A stretch of 64,000 bases of DNA, taken from the NCBI RefSeq assembly GCF_009914755.1, contig NC_060943.1, one strand, 5' to 3'. A model generated the notes under the pieces. It saw only the letters and a list, made by a program, of their open reading frames with translations, was not told where the DNA came from and searched no databases. The translations under genes and the position numbers were made by a program. Below, piece after piece: positions 26,261-64,000 of this stretch. The stretch's first letter is position 1, and each line of letters starts with the position of its first letter. Origin of the DNA: the human T2T-CHM13v2.0 reference genome, Homo sapiens.

Positions 26261-28449
26261 GAGTCCCCAGGGCAGCGCTGGCGTCATGGGGGGCTGCCTC
26301 CACACCGCCTCCAGGAGTGTTTACAGCTGTGGATTACATGATACCGCCCCCTTCCCAGAGCTGATCCCACCCCCCAGCATGGGGGCCCCCTGGGAGGGGG
26401 CCTCTGGGAGCCGGACTGGTTCTGTCGACACAGTCGCCTCTTTGTTCGGGGCAGAGCTCACTCTGGCGGTGTTGGCGTTTCCGCATGGGCCCTGCCGGAG
26501 GGGCATCCGTGACTCCGCTGGAGCCGGGTTGGGCCAAGCCCAAGCTGGTCACACCCCTCACACCCCTGGGGTTGGGGGAGGCCTTAGGCAGCAAGTGGGT
26601 GGGGGGTCTAGGGGTGGCTGGCGCAACCTCTCTCCACCTCGGTTTCCCCGCCAGGTGAGAGGGCAGTGACTGCCCATGGTCACGCGGCTGGAGAACATGC
26701 ACCCTCTCCTCCGCACCTGCACACCTGGGTGCCTCCTGTCTAGCCCAGACTCCAAAGCCAACCAAGAGTGAATGGATGAACGGAGAGGCCAGACCCCAAA
26801 GCAAACTGAGAGTGAATGGATGAGGGAAGCTCCTGCTGCCTCTTCTGTGCTCTGACAGGCTCCCTCCCCCTGAAGTCCAGCCCCTGCCTGCACAGCCCCC
26901 TCCACACCAGGGCCCTCCTGGCTCCTGGCAGGTGTGGGCAGATGTCTGCCGGGATCCTCAGAGTTAAACAAAAGCCTCCTCCCTGTGCTCTGAAATCACA
27001 CTCCAGGGGCTGGCAGGCGCCTTCCAAGTCCTTCCCTCTCCAAGGACGAGAGCCTGCCTGCGTCTCCTCTGCCGTCTCCCCTGCCGTGGGAGGCCCTGAG
27101 GCCCCCATCCTGCTGTTCTCCATCCCACCCACCAAGGGGTCCAGATCTCAAATTCGCCCTTTCTCGGCAAGAACTCTGAAGGTGGCCCGGAGCAGGCCAC
27201 TGTGAGAAGCCATCACCCCACGACCAGGGTCACCCCTGGGAAAATCTGGGGCCGGGCAGCCAGATCCCTGAAGGCCAGAGGATGTCTGGGAAGAAAGGGC
27301 GTGGACGGCACCTGCTGGGCCTGCCACAAACTCTCTGGGTCCCATGTCCCCGCTGCTCCTCTTCCAGGGCCGAGTCAGGGAGAGACATCCCAGGGAGGGC
27401 ACCCGAAACAGCACAGCACCCCTCAGTCAGGAAGCAGTGCCGGCTGCCCTGGCCCGGAGGAAGAGGCCTGGAAGAAAGTTTGAAGCCTGTAATCCCCGTG
27501 TAATCGGGCTGGCTGCCCACGGGGTCTGCGGCCCTGGGTCCTCGGCCCCTCCCATGCTCTTCTCTTGAACCTCGGCTTCCTCTGCCCCTCTGTAAAACAC
27601 TCACTGCAACCGCCCCCCCCGCCCCGGCAAACTGGCAGCCAGCATCAGCACAGGCCAGCTCCGAGGCCGGGCACTCTCGCTGACAGGGCGTGCAACAGAT
27701 GGCACCAAACCTATCCCGTCCCGTCCCAGCAGTCACAGGCAGGAAGGACGTTCTGAGCAGGCGGGAACAACAGGCATTCCGGGAAGAAGCAGCCAGGGGA
27801 GGCCCCGGCTACACATTTAAGAGATTTTTTTTTTTTTTTTTAACTTTTCAGAATGTTAATCAGTTCATCCAGGGAGACACCCACCGTCCCTGCCCCAGCA
27901 CCATCCGTGCCCGGCGTCCCTGGAGGCGCTGGGTGGGCTCTCCACAACGCCTGCCCCCCACGCCCCAGGTCAGTCTGGGGATTGGTCCCTCCAGGCCCCA
28001 CCTGCCTTATTCTTCGGGACTCTGGGGTGGTGGGAAGAGTGCCCTACGGGGGACAGGACCCACCAGGAGGCCTGCGCTTCCCCTTCACCGACACACGCTG
28101 CTCCCGGGCCCCACTCGGGCCATCTCAGCCCGCTACCCTCCCTCCCGCCTGTCCCTGGAAGCCGGGTTTGAATGCGACCCGCACTCCCACCCCCAACACG
28201 CTCTGCAGACTCCGCCCAGACGGCCCCGGGGTCACCTAATATCAGCAAGCCCCCATCCCAAACCGGGGGACCTCCATGCAGAAACCGAAAAACCATCTGC
28301 CCCAGAAGAGAAGTCGGAGGCCCCAGGAGCGGGAGGGGCGGGGAGCAAGGGGAGGGAGGGAGACAGGGCTGCGCTGCGGGGCCGAGAGGGCAAGGGTCCT
28401 GGGACCGGGGACAAGGAGGAGGAAGGGGCACGAACGCCCGAGGAGCCTG

Positions 28450-29280
28450 GAGTCAGGAATCGGGGCGGCGGGAGAGACCGGGGGTCACTCCCAGGAAGGG
28501 GTCGAGGTCACGAGGCGCATGGAGTCGAGAGTCCCCAAAAGGGAAGGCCAGGATACCGAGGAAAAGCGGGTGCGGGGTCACCAAGGGGCTCGGGGGCACC
28601 GATGAGTGCGGGGTCAAGGGTTACCAGAAAACGAAAGGTCGGGGGTCACCAAGCTGCGCGGTACAGGGAGTCACCCGGAAGAGCGGGAAGGAAAGGTTGG
28701 GAGGGTTGTCGTGGAAGGTAGGGTTAAGGTTCACGGCAGGGGGTCGCCGGGGGGCGGGGGGGCAGGTCAAGGTTCACGGCGGTGGTCGCGGGGCAGCGCG
28801 GGGTCAACGTTGGCGGCGAAGGGCGGGGTCGGAAGGGGTCGCGGCGGAGGGCGGGGGTCCCGCCGCGCTCGCCCCCGCCCCACGGCCCCCAGAACCCCCA
28901 GCCCCGGGCGCAGGGGTCCGCGGGGAGCGCCGGACCCACAAGCGGGGTCGGGCCAGGCAGGGGTCGCGGTGGAGCCGGGGCGGGGGTCGCAACCAGAGCC
29001 TCACCTCGGGCCCGGGTCCGGCCGGGCGCGGAGCCCGCGGCGCCTGTTTCTCCGAGCCTCGCAGCTGCCGCCGCTCACTTCCGGGTTTCGGGCGCCATCT
29101 TGGGGGCCCCGCGCACTTCCGGTCATGCCGCGGGGCGGGGCCTCCACCTGCGGGGGCGTGGTCTCGGTTCGGGGGCGGGGCCACCTTCCAAGCCAATCCC
29201 TTGAGGTCCTTCCGCTATTCGGAAGGGGCTGGGACTCCTACGGCTCTGGGTTCGAATCCCGCCCTGCCTGGTTCTCTTGA
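28450..29280 (-). promoter_or_regulatory. SBNO2: SBNO2 CpG-island promoter
   Basis: High CpG density; two ETS/GABP CCGGAAGT sites (29077-29084, 29115-29122); GC boxes (about 29132-29140 and 29172-29180); CCAAT at about 29193; no TATA. Confidence 0.85.
29005..29101 (-). other. SBNO2: SBNO2 non-coding exon 1 (TSS approximate)
   Basis: Donor GAG|GTGAGG at 29005/29004 inside a CpG island; YY1-type AAGATGGCG at about 29093-29101; promoter motifs immediately upstream. Confidence 0.8.
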
Positions 29281-29493
29281 GACCCCAGCATGTGCTTTCA
29301 CCTCCTCAAGCCTCAGTTTCCTCTTCTGCACCGTGCTGGTGAAATGGAATCTGCTTTGTGGTACAGCATCCCCTTTTTTCCTCCTTCCTCAGAACCCCCT
29401 CCAAGCCTCTGCATGTGCCACGTCCCCCACTGGGGCTCACTCACCCGAGACTTTTAAACTGAGACTCCCTCAAAAGCTACTAAGACGATCACC

Positions 29494-29820
29494 AGCCGGG
29501 CGCAGTGGCTCACGCCTGTAATCGCAGCACTTTGAGAGGCTGAGGCGGATGGATCACTTGAGGTCGGGAGTTTGAGGCCAACCTGGACAATATGATGAAA
29601 CCCCGTCTCTACTAAATATACAAAAATTAGCTGGGCGTGATGGCGGGCACCTGTAATCCCAGCTACTCAGGAGGCTGAGGCAGTAGTATCGCTTGAACCT
29701 GGGAGGTAGTTATTGCAGTGAGCTGAGATCGCACCACTGCACTCCAGCCCGGGCAACAGAGTGAGACTCCATCTCAAAAATAAATAAATAAATAACGAAA
29801 TAAAATAAAATGAAATAAAA
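29494..29820 (+). mobile_element. Alu (AluS-type)
   Basis: Full dimer. Confidence 0.9.
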
Positions 29821-30249
29821 TCATCACCTCTGGGCCTGTCAGACATACTCTCTCACGAAAAGTTATCTCTGTTCATTAATCTCTCTCCCTAACCAAATAC
29901 AGTTCTGGACGCTTCAGCATGGTGACTGGCACATGGGGGTTTGGGTAAGTCCCAGGGGCTACCCCCAAGAGAGCAGGATCCTTTCAGGCAGGGCCACGGG
30001 GGCCTGAGGGGCTCCTCCTCTCGGTGGCTGTGGTGGGAGGCTGCCCTGCGTGGGGAGCTGGAGTCTCAGGGCACTTTTCCTGTGACTTGAGCCAGTGAAG
30101 GCAGATCCAGTGTGGGAGGCACCACCGCCTCCCCAGCCCAATTTCAGCCATGACAATACTGATACAGCTCCCTGGACCCAAGCAGCCACAAGCCAGAGGC
30201 CTCTGCCCCCATTCCAACCCCCTGAAACTAGAGTTGATTTCTCCATGAC

Positions 30250-30600
30250 TTTGTTAATTCATTCAGTGACTTCTAATCGATGCTGCTCTGTGCTTGGTCA
30301 TGAGCTGGGAAAACCCAGGGTCTCACAGAGGACTCAGCTGTCTGTCCCAACATCAGAAAGCCCCTGGTCTAGGGGAGAGAGAACCAGGACCAGACACTCC
30401 AATATGCGGGATCTCTGGGAGGGTTGAAATGTCTGCCTAGGGCTTCATAGAGGGCTGCATGCTGAAGAGTGTGTTGAAGCTGGGGTTTTGAAGTTCAAGT
30501 AGGAGTGTACCAGGTAGACAAGAGTAGGAAGAACAGTCCGGGCAAAGAAGGCCTGGTAAGGCAGATAATAAGCAGGTTTAAGATATTTTAGCACCTCTCT
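30250..30600 (-). mobile_element. L2 fragment
   Basis: TTCATTCA...TGCTCTGTGC...GAGCTGGG...TCTAGGGGAGA resembles the L2 3' end. Confidence 0.5.
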
Positions 30601-30601
30601 A

Positions 30602-32179
<1,578 letters not shown>

Positions 32180-32499
32180 TGAGACTCTTTTCACAGCAAA
32201 TTGAACAGCAGTTAAATTGAGCAATAGGCACTAAAGATTTGGAAGGGTGAGGAAGCCAGCCTGGGGACTGGAGGGTGGCGGCTGCATCTGCTCATTTCCT
32301 CCCACACTGGACCATCCACACAACTTTTGAGGATCAGTGGAAATGAAAACACGGTGCCCCGGCACAAAACATATTTCATAGCTTGGGTTAGGCAACAGCA
32401 AAGCATCACGCTGAGCGCCGGGACCTTCTGAGTGCAGGCGGTGGGCGAAGCCCCGAGTCACACACACCCACGACGCCGGCCCTGCTCCCACAGCGGCCC

Positions 32500-33330
<831 letters not shown>

Positions 33331-33350
33331 ACGAATATTTCCAAATGAAA

Positions 33351-35053
<1,703 letters not shown>

Positions 35054-35321
35054 TGTCTTAATTATTTCAAATTGCAGAAAACTTCAGACAAACATGAAGG
35101 TTGTTTGTAAGGACCTTCTTGGGCTGTGCCTCAGTTTCCCCATCTGGGAGATGCCAGCCTGGATTCCCCTCCCGGCCTCAGTGTCTCTCCTGGGCGGCAA
35201 GAAGGACCCTGGGACTGTGCCCACTCTGCCGTCCAGGGGGCCGAGGGAGGTGCCCAGGGAGGGGGAGGTGCGTGGTGGTGACGGGCGGCTCCCGCACAGA
35301 GCCTCAGACCTGGGCAGGTGA

Positions 35322-36412
<1,091 letters not shown>

Positions 36413-37201
36413 CCCTTCTTTTGCCACCATCCCCCTCCCGTGGCCGCCCTCACGTGTCAGCACCATACCCTCCCTGTGGTCAGGGCCACCTGCTCCAGGG
36501 TGTCCTCAGGCCGGTGCTGGCCGGCGTGTTCCCGGGCCCTGCAGCCACCTGCTTGACCAGGGCCAGGCCCAGAGTGAGATCCTACCAGGCCAGGTCGGGG
36601 CAGCCTCTGTGCCAAGACAACTTTAGGGAACAACAAACCTGTCTGACGGGTTTGAGATTCCACATGGGACAGGCTTTCTCACCTCCGCACTGACGCTAGG
36701 ACAGCTGGGTTGAAGGGGCCCAGTGACACCCCTGACATAGCACCTCAGGCTGGGTACAGGCTGCAGCAGCCTAGTCTGGGTCAGGGCTGTGTCCTGAGGT
36801 TGGGGCACCCAGGGCAGGCTGGGTGAAGGAAGATCAGCAATCTGCCGGTCGCCCTGTGCAGGGAGGATAAACAGGGAGAAGGCACTGCACATGCAAAGTC
36901 TCAGCGGGGACAAAGACTCAGGGGAGAGTGTGCGGGGCCTGGGGTGTGAGGATAGATGGACTGGGAGAGAGAGAGGGGACCCTGGAGGGCCTGGAAGCTA
37001 GACGTGGCCTGTATTCTGGGGGCACTAGGGAACCATTGAGGGTTCTGGAGCAACGGAGTGGTACAGTCATGGTGGGGCTAGCGGTGTACTGGATGGGGTG
37101 AGGCACAGGGACCGAATTTCAGATCAGAAGGCTCATCTGGTAGTCAGACTGAGGCCGGAGGAGGCTCAACTGCCCCGAGGATGAAGAAAGGAGCCAAACT
37201 T

Positions 37202-40830
<3,629 letters not shown>

Positions 40831-40844
40831 GAAAACTCGTGGTC

Positions 40845-47290
<6,446 letters not shown>

Positions 47291-47293
47291 TTG

Positions 47294-47700
47294 CACCTGG
47301 AACCCAGGCCTCTCCCGTCTGGAACCCAGGCCCTCACCTACACTGTCAGCCCCTCCACCTGGAACTTGTAGAACTTACCTGTAAGCCCAGGCTTCACCTG
47401 AAACCCCAGTCCCCCACCTGGAACCCAGGCCCTCACCTACACTGTCAGCCCCTCCACCTGGAACTTTAGAACTTACCTGTAGCCCCAGCCTTCACCTGAA
47501 ACCCCAGTCCCCCACCTGGAACCCAGTCCCCCACCTGGAACCTGGGCCTCCCCAACCTGTAACCCAGGCCCCCACCTAGAACCTGGGCCTCTGTGATCTG
47601 TAACCCAGGCCCTCATCTGGAACCTAGGGCTCTGTGGAAACTGTGGCACTCACATGTAAACCTGGCTTCCACCTGAAACCCCAGTCCCCCACCTGTAATC
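47294..47700. repeat. Degenerate CACCTGGAACCCAGGCCC-type minisatellite, block A
   Basis: About 20-bp units with an approximately 100-bp higher-order duplication. Confidence 0.85.
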
Positions 47701-49140
<1,440 letters not shown>

Positions 49141-49152
49141 GCCCCGACTTTT

Positions 49153-49463
<311 letters not shown>

Positions 49464-49779
49464 AAGGCCCCGACTTTTAGACCACTAGTGGAGGAGGTCT
49501 GGGACACGGGTCTGCGGCCAGAGAGAGGCCAGGAGGGAGGACTGGCGGGCATTTCTCCGCAGGGTGGGGGTGAACGGGGGCCTGGGCATCGGAGCCGGGG
49601 GGAACGTGGGGTCAGCGAGGGGTTCTAGGGGAGGAAATGGTAGGAGAGCTCCTGCCCTGCAGGCTGGAGGGCAGGATCTGTGTGTTTGGGGGGAGTCATG
49701 GGTGGGTAGGAGAGATGACAGGTGACAGCCTGGAGGAAGAGATGGAGGGAGGCTTGAGCCCTGGGCGGGGCTGGCAGAA

Positions 49780-50880
<1,101 letters not shown>

Positions 50881-50961
50881 AAGCCAGTTCCCTTAACAGA
50901 ACCTGCAGTTTGGTGAGGATGAGAGAATGCAAAGAAAGCATTTTCCCCAGGACTACCATAA

Positions 50962-57826
<6,865 letters not shown>

Positions 57827-58324
57827 TGACTGGAATTGGCCACTTTGTGTTACTTTTTGACCCTTGACCTCGCCCCAAAGGGGGATGCGGGGGAGGGGCT
57901 CTGGTAGGGGTGGCCCCGCTCCTTCCAGGTCCGCAAGCCCAGGTTCCCGCCCACCGGGCTCAGCCCACCCTGCGGCCGTTCAGGGAGGCCGTTGGCACCC
58001 GTGACCTACGACCCCCTTCCCGAGCCCCACCGAGGTCACAGCCGTGGCCTCGTCTCCCCATGCCTGCTTCCCGCCCCCTGCCCGTGACGGGCGTCTCCGA
58101 GGACCAATGAGCGCGCTGTATCCACCCCTCGGGCGGGGCCAAGCGCCGACCAATCGCCGCTCGGGCGCCCGGCCGGGTCCAAACGCTCCAATCGTCAGCG
58201 GCGGCGGGGCGGGCAGAGGGCCGGGGATGGCAGGTTCAACCAACGGGTGGGCACGTCGTCCTCGCGAGGAGGCGTGCCCTGCGGCCGGGCGTGCGGTGTC
58301 CGCGGCGGCGCAGGGAGGGGGAGG

Positions 58325-59751
<1,427 letters not shown>

Positions 59752-60486
59752 TAAGTATGGCTTGCTGGGGTCGGGGCCGGGCCGGTCCAGTCACGGTGCT
59801 GATGGTTCTGTCTTCCTTCCTTCTCTCTTCCCTCCCTCCCTTACTTCCTCTTAACACCCTGAGCTGGACCCGTCTGGCGCCTGTGTCCTCCGTGCCAGGG
59901 AGAGCGTGGTTGGGGGCCTGCGTTACGGACTTTCACTCAGGCAAGGCCAGTTGTCGCAGCGGGGCGTGCGTTTGCATGGGCTCTTGGACTCCAGTTAAAA
60001 TGCCCTGGTAGCGAAACCCTCCTGAGAAGGGAGCGGCCCCCAATCCCCTAAGACTAGCCCCTTGGCTCCCCCAGCTGTCCAAGGAGCAGAGGCGCCCAGT
60101 GGAATCAGCCTGTGTTTGTTTGGGCCCCGAGAGTTTGTGTGCGGCCGCCAACACGTTTTCTGCGCAGTGTGTGGCCGTTACCGGGGCCAGGCGAAATGTG
60201 ATTTGTTTATCCTGTCAGAGGGGAACCCTGGGCTGCCAAAAATAACTGTTTGCACCGGCTTATCAGTCAGCAGGAGGGAAACGTAGCCTTTCCTCATTTG
60301 CCAGGGATGTGACGCTGGAAGCATCCCTGGCCCCCGGGGCTGGAAGCCCTGCCCGAGGGGGACTGTGCCTCCCTCCCGAATTGCATCCGGAAGACCTTAC
60401 TTTTCCAACTGACTTCTTCAGGCACGGGGCTGCCGCTGGGCATCCCGGACGCCTCTGCATCTGTGCGCGGAGAAGCTCCTACCTAG

Positions 60487-63845
<3,359 letters not shown>

Positions 63846-64000
63846 AATTAATTAAAATAAAATCAGTGCCATAGGCTGTTTCTGGTAGGCAGTGGGTTCC
63901 TAGGGTGGAGCAGGGAAGGGCTGGAAAGGGTCGCCTGTGCCCAGCCCGACTCCCCGTGCTTCTCGGGGGACAGCACGGCTAGCTGCTGCTGCGGAGCCCA

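Noticed and set aside
24988-26364. 421-aa Cys/Val-rich and 331-aa His/Thr-rich ORFs
   Set aside because: Artefacts of (CA/TG)n low complexity.
29218-29224. STAT site in the SBNO2 promoter (TTCGGAA)
   Set aside because: The spacer is 1 nt, not the 3 nt of a GAS element.
27690-29521. 343-aa and 449-aa ORFs across the SBNO2 promoter
   Set aside because: CpG-island artefacts; one runs into MIR and Alu sequence.

Overview
Human DNA, recognised as 19p13.3: GC-rich, Alu-dense, and carrying a human-specific AluYb8. The window holds the 5' ends of two divergently transcribed genes. SBNO2 is on the minus strand, with a CpG-island promoter and non-coding exon 1 at about 29.0-29.1 kb and coding exon 2 at 4549-4767. 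STK11/LKB1 is on the plus strand, with a CpG-island promoter at about 58.3 kb, a 5'UTR of about 1.1 kb and exon 1 CDS at 59461-59750. SBNO2 intron 1 (about 24 kb) is packed with different VNTRs and G-rich repeats. The roughly 29 kb intergenic region is mostly Alu, plus an HMGB2 processed pseudogene (HMGB2P1) nested in a MER33, an orphan CpG island with a strong CTCF motif, and MaLR/MER20/MIR/L2 relics. Best leads: (1) a 21-nt perfect (26/28 extended) complementarity between the SBNO2 and STK11 5'UTRs, next to both start codons; (2) an inverted partial duplicate of the HMGB2P1 5' junction 24 kb away; (3) a cap-proximal TISU-type uORF and further uORFs in STK11; (4) a compound VNTR of conserved cassettes and variable (GGA)n spacers; (5) inflammatory motif clusters and candidate upstream or alternative exons. 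Gene and repeat names come from recall of the sequences, not from database searches. Repeat boundaries are approximate.
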